Of a DNA stretch of 32,000 nt, positions 16,476-24,591 are shown piece by piece. The notes beneath the pieces were generated by a model, which was not told the origin of the DNA, made no database searches, and was given only the letters and a program-made list of their open reading frames with translations. How positions within the stretch are numbered: the first letter of the stretch is position 1; every line of letters starts with the position of its first letter. Source of the stretch: Mycolicibacterium smegmatis (GTDB lineage Bacteria; Actinomycetota; Actinomycetes; Mycobacteriales; Mycobacteriaceae); contig NZ_LN831039.1 of NCBI RefSeq assembly GCF_001457595.1, positions 6,750,001 to 6,782,000 of the forward strand, in the 5' to 3' direction. The translations under genes and the position numbers were made by a program.

Positions 16476-17244
16476 TGAAATTCCAGTGCCCGGTGGCGAC
16501 CGACACCGAGATCGCCGCGGCCGCGATCACGAAAGCCGCCAGGATCAGCGCGGATTCACGCATACCGAACCGCGACGGCCGGGCCCAAGTTCTTCTTGGG
16601 TGGGCACCGAACCCGCGGGCCTCCATCGCGGTCGCCAGCATCGATCCCCGGCGCACCGCCGAGACCAGCAGCGCGAAACCCTGTGCGGCGAAACGGCGCA
16701 GCCGGTCCTGGTCGGCGACCCCTCGTGCCCGGCGCGCATAGCCGAGGTACCGCCAGTCCTGACCGAGCAACCCCACCATGCGCAACCCGGCCAGCGCGCC
16801 GAGTACGAACCGGGCGGGCAGTCGCAACACCTGCCCGAGCCCATCGGCGAGTTCGGTCGGGTCGGTGTCGATGAACAGGATCACCGACGGCAGCGCGATG
16901 GCCAGCACACGCAGAAATGTGGCCAACGCCAGCGAGATCGAGCCGTCGCTGACGGTGATGAGCAGGAAATGCCAGTGCACGGTGCCGCTCTGCTCGCCGT
17001 ACAGCAGGATCGTCACGCCGGTGAGCGCGGCGGCCAGCAGCACGAGCGCACCGCGCGTGAGCAGCGTGCGGACCGGCACCTTCAGCACCAGCATGAGGAC
17101 GATCTCCAGCACCAGCGCGGTCGCGGCCGACACCCAGTCCACGCTGAGCACCAGGCCCAGCGCGATCACCAGCGCGGCCGCGAGTTTCGCGACCGGATTG
17201 ATGCCCACGCGCCGGATGGGCGCACCGTCGACGGTGATGCTCAC
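16462..17244 (-). CDS. ykoC: ECF transporter transmembrane (T) component, YkoC/CbiQ family
   Basis: GTG at 17244 overlaps the ATPase stop (GTGA). It is a multi-TM protein with the T-component signature ARRARG...A.AMEARGFG near the C-terminus. Confidence 0.8.
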   Translation of the reverse strand: MSITVDGAPIRRVGINPVAKLAAALVIALGLVLSVDWVSAATALVLEIVLMLVLKVPVRTLLTRGALVLLAAALTGVTILLYGEQSGTVHWHFLLITVSDGSISLALATFLRVLAIALPSVILFIDTDPTELADGLGQVLRLPARFVLGALAGLRMVGLLGQDWRYLGYARRARGVADQDRLRRFAAQGFALLVSAVRRGSMLATAMEARGFGAHPRRTWARPSRFGMRESALILAAFVIAAAAISVSVATGHWNFIGHR

Positions 17245-18716
17245 CGGCCGGCCTTCGCAAGGGCCTCGGGCGCCGATATCTCGATGTGCCGATCGGCCAG
17301 CAGGTCGGCGAAGTCGAGGTCGTGGGTCACGGCGACCACCGCGGTGCCCTCGTCGGCGATCTCGGCGAGCAGGCGCACCAGTTCCTCCCACGTGGTGCGG
17401 TCCTGCCCGAAGGTGGGCTCGTCGAGGACGATCAGCTCGGGCTGGGTCGCCAGGACCGTGGCCACCGACAGGCGCCGCTTCTGCCCACCGGACAGTGTGT
17501 AGGGGTTCACGTCGGCGAACTCGGTGAGGTGCAGCCGCTCCAGCAGCGCGTCACACACCGCGGTGATCGACGCCGGGTCGCGCTTGAGCGCACGCGGTCC
17601 GAGCGCCAACTCGTCGCGCACCCTGCCGGTGAGGAACTGGTGTTCGGGGTTCTGGAACACGCTGCCGATGCGGGTGAGCAGTTCGCGGGACCGCCAGCGC
17701 ACGGGCTCACGCCGGTGCGGTGCGGGCGCGAAAGCGGCCTCGGCGGAGAACCGACCGTCGCGTGGCGGCAGCAGACCGCCGAGTGTGAGTGCCAGCGCGG
17801 ACTTCCCGGCGCCGTTCGGTCCGGTGACCACGGTGGTCGCGGCCCGGTCGATGTCGAACGTGAGGCGTTCGGTGACCGGTCCCCCGCGGTACCCGACGGC
17901 CAGGTCGGCGGCCGAGAGCAACGCCTGCCCGGGGGCACCCGCGCGGGTGATGTGCGGCAGTTCGGCCCCGGGCACCCACACCCCGGCGCGGGTCAGCCGA
18001 TCACGTTGCTGTGCCAGAGTTTCCGCGGCCGGGCCGTCGGCGACGATCTCGCCTGCCGCACCCAGCACGATCACCCGGTCGACCACGGGAAGCCACACCG
18101 CGGTGCGGTGCTCGACGACGATCAGGGTGGCACCGGTCTGTTCGGCGGCCGCGGCGACAGCGTCGCGGACCTCGAGCACGCCTGCCGGGTCGAGGTTGGC
18201 GGTCGGCTCGTCGAGCAGGATCAGGCCCGGGTCCATCGCGAGCACGCCTGCGAGCGCCAGACGTTGCTGCTGCCCGCCGGAGAGATGGCCGGTGTCGTGC
18301 ATGAGCGGCAGCGCCAACCCCACCGCGGCGAGCGCGCGGCGCACGCGCGGCCAGATGGCCTGCGGCGCGACGTTGAAGTTCTCCATGCCGAACGCGACGT
18401 CGTCGCCCACGCGCGACAGGATGACCTGCGAGTCCGGGTTCTGCAGGACCATGCCGATGCGGTCGCGCCGCTGCGCGGGCGGCACCCCGTCGACCAGCAG
18501 GCGTCCCGCCTCATCGCCGTCCTCGCTGTCGCCGAGCACCCCGGCCAGGCCGTGCAGAAGTGTCGACTTTCCCGATCCGCTGGCACCGAGGAGCAGCACC
18601 CGCTCACCGGGTTCGATGGTCACGTCGAGATTCCGCAGCGCCCAGCGAGGGCGTCCGGCGTGACGCCAGGACCAACCCGATGCGGTGACGGCGACGCCGC
18701 CCTGCGGTGTGCTCAT
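17241..18716 (-). CDS. ykoD: ECF transporter fused double ATPase (A-A' components), YkoD type
   Basis: ATG at 18716 overlaps the upstream stop (ATGA). There are two complete ABC cassettes. The first has GASGSGKST, LSGGQQQRLALA and LLDEPT. The second has GPNGAGKSA, LSGGQKRRLSVA and VLDEPT. Confidence 0.9.
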   Translation of the reverse strand: MSTPQGGVAVTASGWSWRHAGRPRWALRNLDVTIEPGERVLLLGASGSGKSTLLHGLAGVLGDSEDGDEAGRLLVDGVPPAQRRDRIGMVLQNPDSQVILSRVGDDVAFGMENFNVAPQAIWPRVRRALAAVGLALPLMHDTGHLSGGQQQRLALAGVLAMDPGLILLDEPTANLDPAGVLEVRDAVAAAAEQTGATLIVVEHRTAVWLPVVDRVIVLGAAGEIVADGPAAETLAQQRDRLTRAGVWVPGAELPHITRAGAPGQALLSAADLAVGYRGGPVTERLTFDIDRAATTVVTGPNGAGKSALALTLGGLLPPRDGRFSAEAAFAPAPHRREPVRWRSRELLTRIGSVFQNPEHQFLTGRVRDELALGPRALKRDPASITAVCDALLERLHLTEFADVNPYTLSGGQKRRLSVATVLATQPELIVLDEPTFGQDRTTWEELVRLLAEIADEGTAVVAVTHDLDFADLLADRHIEISAPEALAKAGR

Positions 18717-19342
18717 CTTGCCGCGGTGCGGCCGGACGCGAACCGGGACAGGGCGCCGGTCCTGGCCAGGCCCCGTACCGCGTACCATGACAGCGCCCCG
18801 GCCACGAGCGCGCCGGACACGACGGCCGAGACCGTGTAGATCAGCGTGAACGCCGCTGCCGACCCGGGGTACCAGAGGATGAGATCGTTGATCGCCAGCG
18901 CGAGCCCGGCGACCGCACCGGACAGGATCGCGACCGGCAGGTTCCACACCCGGTACAGGAACACCGCGAACACGAGTTCGGCGCCGATTCCCTGGACCAG
19001 TCCCGATTCGAGCGTGAGCACACCCCACTGGTTGCCGACCAGCGCTGACACGGTCGCGGCGACCAGTTCGCCGTAGAGCGCGGCGCCCGGCTTGCGGATG
19101 ACCAGTGCGGTGAGCACACCGGCGAACAGCCACCCGCCCCCGAGCAGGGCCTGCAGTCCGGGCAGCGCCGCCGACAGCGGCGCACCGATCGGGTTGGACG
19201 CGATGTTCCACATCACGAAAACCAGGCCAGCGGCGACCGCGAGCACGCTGGCCACCACGATGTCGACGACGCGCCACCGGTAGGTGCGGGGACGGTCCTG
19301 TGGGACGAAGGGCCCGGAATCGGATCGGGAAACATCGGTCAT
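18713..19342 (-). CDS. ykoE: ECF transporter substrate-specific (S) component, YkoE-like (thiamine-precursor/HMP importer)
   Basis: 209 aa, about 6 TM. It is the first gene of the operon, immediately downstream of a TPP riboswitch. The order S, double ATPase, T matches ykoEDC. Confidence 0.75.
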   Translation of the reverse strand: MTDVSRSDSGPFVPQDRPRTYRWRVVDIVVASVLAVAAGLVFVMWNIASNPIGAPLSAALPGLQALLGGGWLFAGVLTALVIRKPGAALYGELVAATVSALVGNQWGVLTLESGLVQGIGAELVFAVFLYRVWNLPVAILSGAVAGLALAINDLILWYPGSAAAFTLIYTVSAVVSGALVAGALSWYAVRGLARTGALSRFASGRTAAR

Positions 19343-19347
19343 CAGTT

Positions 19348-19440
19348 CACACTCCCTACGCCGGCATTACCCGGACAGGTTCATACGGTCGACGGCCCTC
19401 AGCCGTCCTCTCAGCGCACTCGGTGTGCACTCCCGCGTGG
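19348..19440 (-). promoter_or_regulatory. TPP (THI-box) riboswitch
   Basis: The minus-strand RNA reads CACGCGGGAGUGCACACCGAGUGCGCUGAGAGG-(GACGGCUGAGGGCCGUC)-GACCGUAUGAACCUGUCCGGGUAAUGCCGGCGUAGGGAGUGUG. It carries the conserved CUGAGA, ACCUG...GGGUAAUGCCGGCGUAGGGA core and is collinear with the E. coli thiM aptamer. Confidence 0.9.
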
Positions 19441-19561
19441 GTTGTTCAGGCATCAACGTACCCGAAATCGGCCGCTGTGCGCTTACCGATGGTTTTGTCG
19501 GGGTACCCCTCACCGTCCCCTGCGCGGTACGAGGGGATCGCGAGGGAACACGGAGGACGAG

Positions 19562-20908
19562 ATGACGGCAGAGGCGACAGCACACGAGCACACCGGGGAC
19601 ACGGCAGACAGCAAGCTCGCCCGCAAGATCACCGGGCCGCTGCTGTTCCTGTTCATTCTCGGCGACGTGCTGGGGGCAGGCGTGTATGCGCTGATGGGCG
19701 TGCTGGCGGGCAAAGTCGGCGGCGCACTGTGGGCACCACTGCTCGCCGCGCTGATGTTGGCCCTGCTCACCGCGGGGTCCTACGCCGAGCTCGTCACCAA
19801 GTACCCGAAGGCCGGGGGTGCCGCGGTCTTCGCCGAGCGGGCCTTCAAGCAGCCCCTGGTGTCGTTCCTGGTCGGCTTCAGCATGCTGGCGGCGGGCGTG
19901 ACCAGCGCGGCCGGTCTGTCGCTGGCGTTCGCCGGTGACTATCTCGCGACGTTCATCGACGTGCCCGCGGTGCCCGCCGCGATCGTGTTCCTCGCGCTCG
20001 TCGGGGCGCTCAACGCCCGCGGCATCAGCGAGTCGGTCAAGAGCAACGTCGTGATGACGGTCATCGAACTCAGCGGCCTGCTGATCGTGATCATCGCGGG
20101 TGCGGTGATGGTCGGTGGCGGACGCGGCGATCTCGGCAGGCTCGGCGAGTTCCCGGAGAGCACGGCTCCTGCGGTGGCGATCCTGGCAGGCGCGATCATC
20201 GCGTACTACTCGTTCGTCGGGTTCGAGACGTCGGCCAACGTGGCCGAGGAGATCCGCAACCCCAGCAAGGTGTATCCGGCGGCGTTGTTCGGGTCGCTCA
20301 TCACCGCCGGCGTCGTGTACGTGCTCGTCGGCATGGCGAGTGCCGCGGTGCTCGCACCCGACGAGCTGGCCGCCTCCTCGGGGCCCCTGCTCGAGGTGGT
20401 GTCCGAGTCGGGCCTGGGAGTGCCCGACTGGGTGTTCAGCGCGATCGCGCTCATCGCCGTCGCCAACGGCGCCCTGCTGACGATGATCATGGCGAGCCGG
20501 CTGGCCTTCGGGATGGCCGAACATCGTCTGCTGCCAAGCGTTCTCAGCCGCGTGCTGACCAAGCGGCGCACGCCGTGGGTCGCGATCGTCGCGACCACCG
20601 CGGTGGCCATGGTGCTCACCGCGATCGGCGAGTTGTCGACGCTGGCCGAGACCGTGGTGCTGCTTCTGCTGTTCGTGTTCACGGCTACCAACATCGCGGT
20701 CCTCGTGCTGCGCCGAGACACCGTGGAGCACGATCATTTCCGGGTGTGGACGGCGGTCCCGGTGCTCGGCGTCGCGTCATGTGTGCTGCTGATGACGCAG
20801 CAGACGGCCAAGGTGTGGATGTTCGCGGGAATCCTCATGGCCGTCGGTGTGGTGCTCTACTTCGTCGCGCGCGCCGCGACCAACCGTACAGCGGACGAAA
20901 CCGTCTGA
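19562..20908 (+). CDS. APC-superfamily amino acid/polyamine permease
   Basis: ATG at 19562 with GGAGGA 5 nt upstream. Motifs seen: LFLFILGDVLGAGVYAL and AELVTKYPKAGGAAVF (APC signature). About 12 TM. Confidence 0.85.
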   Translation: MTAEATAHEHTGDTADSKLARKITGPLLFLFILGDVLGAGVYALMGVLAGKVGGALWAPLLAALMLALLTAGSYAELVTKYPKAGGAAVFAERAFKQPLVSFLVGFSMLAAGVTSAAGLSLAFAGDYLATFIDVPAVPAAIVFLALVGALNARGISESVKSNVVMTVIELSGLLIVIIAGAVMVGGGRGDLGRLGEFPESTAPAVAILAGAIIAYYSFVGFETSANVAEEIRNPSKVYPAALFGSLITAGVVYVLVGMASAAVLAPDELAASSGPLLEVVSESGLGVPDWVFSAIALIAVANGALLTMIMASRLAFGMAEHRLLPSVLSRVLTKRRTPWVAIVATTAVAMVLTAIGELSTLAETVVLLLLFVFTATNIAVLVLRRDTVEHDHFRVWTAVPVLGVASCVLLMTQQTAKVWMFAGILMAVGVVLYFVARAATNRTADETV

Positions 20909-20911
20909 TCT

Positions 20912-21400
20912 GTGCAGACTTTCCTTCCCTGTCCGGATTTCGCCGATACCGCGCGCGTGCTCGATCCACGACGGCTGGGCAAGCAGCGCGCCGAGACCAT
21001 CCAGGTGTTGCGTGCGCTCACCGTGCCCGGGTACGGGTGGCGGCATCACCCGGCCGCGGCGATGTGGGCGGGTTACGAGGAGGCCCTGGTGCGCTACGGC
21101 CTTGTGGTCTGCGAGGAATGGATCGCCCGCGGTCATCAGGACGCCAGCACCGCGACGCTTCTCGCCCACCTGCAGACCGGAACGGGTCTGGCCACCGTGC
21201 GTGACCAGGAAGCGCTGGCGCGCACTCACGATCTGCCACCGTGGCTCGGGGACAAGGCGTTTCACCTCAGCCACCAATCCTCGCTGCTGCGCAAGGATCC
21301 GGTGCACTACGGCCCCTACTTTCCCGGTGTCCCCGATGACCTGCCGTACGTGTGGCCCAGATCGGACCGCGAACGGCGCGTGCCGATCACCAGCGTTTGA
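20912..21400 (+). CDS. Conserved hypothetical protein (MQTFLP...RRLGKQR family; possibly pyrimidine-dimer DNA-glycosylase-like)
   Basis: GTG at 20912 lies 3 nt after the permease stop. GC3 is high. The N-terminus MQTFLPCPDFADTARVLDPRRLGKQRAETIQVL resembles a family I recall from actinobacteria and phages. The function call is from memory only. Confidence 0.5.
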   Translation: MQTFLPCPDFADTARVLDPRRLGKQRAETIQVLRALTVPGYGWRHHPAAAMWAGYEEALVRYGLVVCEEWIARGHQDASTATLLAHLQTGTGLATVRDQEALARTHDLPPWLGDKAFHLSHQSSLLRKDPVHYGPYFPGVPDDLPYVWPRSDRERRVPITSV

Positions 21401-21402
21401 GA

Positions 21403-21429
21403 GTGGGGGGACGAGACGCACCCCCTCAC
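21403..21429 (+). terminator. Hairpin immediately after a stop codon (terminator candidate, no U-tract)
   Basis: GTGGGGGG (21403-21410) pairs with CCCCTCAC (21422-21429), including one G-U pair, around an 11-nt loop. It starts 3 nt after the TGA at 21398-21400. Confidence 0.4.
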
Positions 21430-21495
21430 ACGTCGCGGCGCGGACCTAGCTTGGGACCGAACCACCCGAACGACCTGAGTAGGAAAAGGGCGCCC

Positions 21496-22401
21496 ATGAC
21501 CGCCACTGTGCATCGCGACACCTTCGAGATCGCCGGAAAGACCGTGTCACGCCTCGGTTTCGGCACAATGCGTTTCACCGGACGCGGAATCTGGGGTGAA
21601 CCCGCCGACCGGGCCGAGTGCATCGCGGTCATGCGGCGCGCCGTGGAACTCGGCGTGCAGTTCATCGACACCGCGAACTCCTACGGGCCGTACGTCGCCG
21701 AGGAGATCATCAGGGAGGCGCTGTACCCGTATGCCGACGACATCGTCATCGCGACCAAGGCGGGTCTGACCCGCAACGGTCCCGACGTGATCGACACCGC
21801 AGAGGGCCCAAAGCGCCTCGGCCCCGCGGCATGGCCGCCCGTGGGGCGTCCCGAGTACCTGCGGCAAGAGGCTCTGATGAGCCTGCGCCGGCTCGGGCTC
21901 GATCAGATCGACCTGTTCCAACTGCACCGCATCGACCCCAAGGTGCCGCTGGCCGACCAGGTCGGTGAACTCAAGGCACTTCAGGACGAGGGCAAGATCG
22001 TCGCGATCGGGTTGTCACAGGTCACCCCGGAACAGCTCGCCGAGGCGCATCAGATCGCCGAGATCGTCACGGTGCAAAACCGATTCAACGTCATCGACCG
22101 CAGTTCCCAGGCGGTGCTGGACATCTGCGAACGCGACGGCCTCGGGTTCATCCCCTGGGCCCCGGTCGCACAGGGTGGTCTGGGACAGGCCGGTGACGTC
22201 CTCGCCGAGATCGCCCGCGCACACGGATGTTCCGTGGAGCAGGTGGCGATCGCGTGGTTGCTGCGGGTGTCGCCGGTGATGCTGCCGATCCCCGGCACGT
22301 CCCAACGCAAGCATCTGGAGGAGAACCTGGCCGCTGCCCGTGTTCAGCTGAGTGCGGACGAGGTGGCCCGGCTGTCGCGATCGGGCACCGCGGGTATCTG
22401 A
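21496..22401 (+). CDS. Aldo/keto reductase
   Basis: ATG at 21496 with AGGAAAAGGG upstream. Motifs seen: LGFGTMRFTG, FIDTANSYG, DLFQLHRID, IGLSQV, VQNRFN, IPGTSQRKHLEENL. Confidence 0.85.
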   Translation: MTATVHRDTFEIAGKTVSRLGFGTMRFTGRGIWGEPADRAECIAVMRRAVELGVQFIDTANSYGPYVAEEIIREALYPYADDIVIATKAGLTRNGPDVIDTAEGPKRLGPAAWPPVGRPEYLRQEALMSLRRLGLDQIDLFQLHRIDPKVPLADQVGELKALQDEGKIVAIGLSQVTPEQLAEAHQIAEIVTVQNRFNVIDRSSQAVLDICERDGLGFIPWAPVAQGGLGQAGDVLAEIARAHGCSVEQVAIAWLLRVSPVMLPIPGTSQRKHLEENLAAARVQLSADEVARLSRSGTAGI

Positions 22402-23225
22402 GTGCTGTCCTGGTACGGGCAGTAGACGAACAATCGCTGGTCCGGCGCGTCGGCGACTTCCATCGACTCGTAGTGCAGGTGCAGCACACCGAGTTCGGGA
22501 TGCCGGAAGGTCTTGTCCTCGCTGGTGCGTGGCCGCACGGTGTAGGTGTCCCACAGCGACGCGAACACCGCGCTGCAACCCGAGATCTCGTCGACCACGT
22601 CGGTGATACGCCGGTCGTCGGGAAACGTGGTCAGGCCCGCGCGGAGGTTCCCGACCACCTGGGTCGCCACCTCGTCCCAGTCGACGTAGAAGTCCCGGCC
22701 CGCCGGGTCGAGGAAGACCATGTGCGCGAGGTTGTCGGTCTGCCCGAACCCGTCGTACAGCACGGTCGCATAGGGATTCATGGCCAGGATGTTCAGGCCG
22801 GGATCGACGATCAGCGCAGGCACGTGCAGGCCCTGCTCCAGGATCAGGTGCATCCCCGCCGAGACCGTCCGGTTGGGCTCCCTGATCTTCGCGTGCGGCG
22901 CGGGGTGCACCAACCCGATGAGATAAGCCGTGGCCGGGGCGTCCATGCGCAGTGCCCGCGCGAGCGCGTTGAGCACCTGAACCGACGGATGTTCCTCGCG
23001 TCCCTGCTCGAGTCTGCGGTAGTAGTCGGTGCTCACCCCGGCGAGCAGCGCGACCTCCTCGCGCCGCAGTCCACGCACCCGGCGATCCGCGCCGGCCGCC
23101 AGGCCGGCGTCCTCGGGCGTCACCGCGTCACGACGCGCCCGCAGGAAAGCGCCCAACTCGCTGGGGCGCCCATCGGGTCGCCCGTTGAGCCGCCCGTTGG
23201 GTCGACCGTTGCGTCGATGAGCCAT
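22344..23225 (-). CDS. MmyB-like XRE-family (HTH_31) transcriptional regulator
   Basis: Motifs seen: LGAFLRARRDAVTPEDAGL...RRVRGLRREEVALLAGVSTDYYRRLEQGR...PS.QVLNALARAL, followed by an MmyB-like C-terminal domain. Its 3' end overlaps the AKR 3' end by 58 nt. Confidence 0.8.
   Translation of the reverse strand: MAHRRNGRPNGRLNGRPDGRPSELGAFLRARRDAVTPEDAGLAAGADRRVRGLRREEVALLAGVSTDYYRRLEQGREEHPSVQVLNALARALRMDAPATAYLIGLVHPAPHAKIREPNRTVSAGMHLILEQGLHVPALIVDPGLNILAMNPYATVLYDGFGQTDNLAHMVFLDPAGRDFYVDWDEVATQVVGNLRAGLTTFPDDRRITDVVDEISGCSAVFASLWDTYTVRPRTSEDKTFRHPELGVLHLHYESMEVADAPDQRLFVYCPYQDSTQIPAVPDRDSRATSSALS
23167..23214. repeat. Four imperfect tandem copies of a 12-nt unit inside the regulator's 5' coding region
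   Basis: The units are CGCCCATCGGGT, CGCCCGTTGAGC, CGCCCGTTGGGT and CGACCGTTGCGT. On the minus strand they encode RRNGRPNGRLNGRPDGRP. Confidence 0.7.
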
Positions 23226-23276
23226 GCCGTCACGCTAACCCCATCGCGCCCCGCTCGAGTTCCAAGGCTTGTGCGT

Positions 23277-23294
23277 CTACCTACCAATAGGTAG
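23277..23294. promoter_or_regulatory. Palindromic operator candidate upstream of the TetR gene
   Basis: CTACCTA-CCAA-TAGGTAG has perfect 7-nt arms and ends 10 nt upstream of the tetR ATG. It lies in the 78-bp divergent region shared with the MmyB-like gene. Confidence 0.5.
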
Positions 23295-23303
23295 TCTATC
23301 GAC

Positions 23304-23882
23304 ATGCCCGCGACGACCGACACCGCCGACGAGATCCTTCGCTGCGCACGCACACTGATCATCATCGGCGGGTACAACGGCTTCAGCTATGCCGACATCG
23401 CCGCCGTCATCGGCATCCGCAAGGCGAGCATCCACCACCACTTCCCCACCAAGGTCGATCTGGTCCGCACGCTTCTGCAGAACTACCGCGCCGAGGTCGA
23501 GGCCGGTATCGCCGAGTTCGAACGCCGATATCCGAACCCCGTCGACCAGCTGCGCGCCTACGTCGGCTACTGGGAGTCCTGCGTAGGCGATCCCACCACG
23601 AGCTTCTGTGTATGCGCGCTGCTCGCGACGCAGATACCGGTCCTGCCGCAGGAACTCGTGCTGGAGTTGCGCGCACACTTCCGTGCGCTGTCGGCGTGGT
23701 TGACCTCGGCGCTCGAACGCGGCGCCAGGATGGGTGCCGTGGCCCTGACCACCACCGCTCACGCCGAGGCCGAGACATTCATGGCAACCATGCACGGTGC
23801 GATGCTCTCGGCACGCGCCTACGGCGACCCCGCGATCTTCCGCGAGATCACCACGCCCCTCGTCGGTCGCCTCGCCGCCTGA
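23304..23882 (+). CDS. TetR/AcrR-family transcriptional regulator
   Basis: The N-terminal HTH reads GYNGFSYADIAAVIGIRKASIHHHFPTKVDLV. Confidence 0.85.
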   Translation: MPATTDTADEILRCARTLIIIGGYNGFSYADIAAVIGIRKASIHHHFPTKVDLVRTLLQNYRAEVEAGIAEFERRYPNPVDQLRAYVGYWESCVGDPTTSFCVCALLATQIPVLPQELVLELRAHFRALSAWLTSALERGARMGAVALTTTAHAEAETFMATMHGAMLSARAYGDPAIFREITTPLVGRLAA

Positions 23883-23953
23883 GCCGACCGCAACACCGAC
23901 CCCCGACCCACCCCCTGCCCGCCCGGCCTGCGCCTCCGTGCGCCACCAACTCC

Positions 23954-23971
23954 CTACCTACTGGTAGATAG
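23954..23971. promoter_or_regulatory. Second operator-like site sharing the CTACCTAC...GGTAG motif
   Basis: CTACCTACTGGTAGATAG contains CTACC-TACT-GGTAG. It ends 30 nt upstream of the ATG at 24001. Confidence 0.4.
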
Positions 23972-24000
23972 AAAACCGCTCGACTACGAACAGGAAACCC

Positions 24001-24591
24001 ATGGCCAGTCACACCACTCAGCACCCCCGCCCGAGTACAGCCGTCACCGACGACCAGTGGCTGCAGACCTACTACCTGTTGCGCGCCGCCGTCGCCGGGG
24101 TCTGGGTGGCCGCCGCGTTCATCGTCGGCACCCAGGTGTCCACGGTCGCCGCGGTGCTGCTGCTCATCTACCCGGCGTGGGACGCGGTCGCGAACTACAT
24201 CGACGCGCAACGCACCGGCGGCCTGACCCAGAACCCCACGCAGTCGCTCAACGTGGCGGTCAGCCTGCTCACCACCGTGGCCGTCGCGATCGGCCTCGCG
24301 ATGAGCATGAACGCCGTGCTCGGCGTTTTCGGCGTGTGGGCATCCCTGTCCGGGATCTTCCAGCTCGCGACCGGTGTGCGCCGCTGGAAGGGCCATGGCG
24401 CACAGTGGGCGATGATCCTCAGCGGTGCGCAGTCCGCACTTGTCGGCGTGACATTCCTCAAGCAGGCGAACGCACCCGAGGTCCCCGGCATCGCCGACAT
24501 CGCGCCCTACGCCGCGTTCGGTGCGCTCTACTTCCTCATCTCGGCCGTGTGGCTGCTGGTCGCCGAGGCGCGCCGCCGGCTGCCGGCCTGA
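24001..24591 (+). CDS. Integral membrane protein, about 6 TM (DUF308/HdeD-like is only a guess)
   Basis: 196 aa with six hydrophobic segments and high GC3. It lies downstream of the TetR gene. Confidence 0.6.
   Translation: MASHTTQHPRPSTAVTDDQWLQTYYLLRAAVAGVWVAAAFIVGTQVSTVAAVLLLIYPAWDAVANYIDAQRTGGLTQNPTQSLNVAVSLLTTVAVAIGLAMSMNAVLGVFGVWASLSGIFQLATGVRRWKGHGAQWAMILSGAQSALVGVTFLKQANAPEVPGIADIAPYAAFGALYFLISAVWLLVAEARRRLPA

Noticed and set aside
17286-18839. Long antisense or alternate-frame ORFs. Examples are 17286-18839 (+), 4505-5845 (-), 19367-20737 (-), 26944-28311 (+), 8024-9298 (+) and 13878-14885 (+).
   Set aside because: Their translations are low-complexity Arg/Gly/Pro/His-rich and carry no recognisable motifs. 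Each lies opposite or out of frame to a CDS with clear family signatures and GC3 bias. They are high-GC open-frame artefacts.
19500-19536. A GC-rich structure in the APC permease leader: the GGGGTACCCC palindrome plus CCCCTC...GAGGGG pairing. It could be a second riboswitch or attenuator.
   Set aside because: It matches no riboswitch class that I recognise. The stems are short, and such pairings are common in GC-rich leaders.
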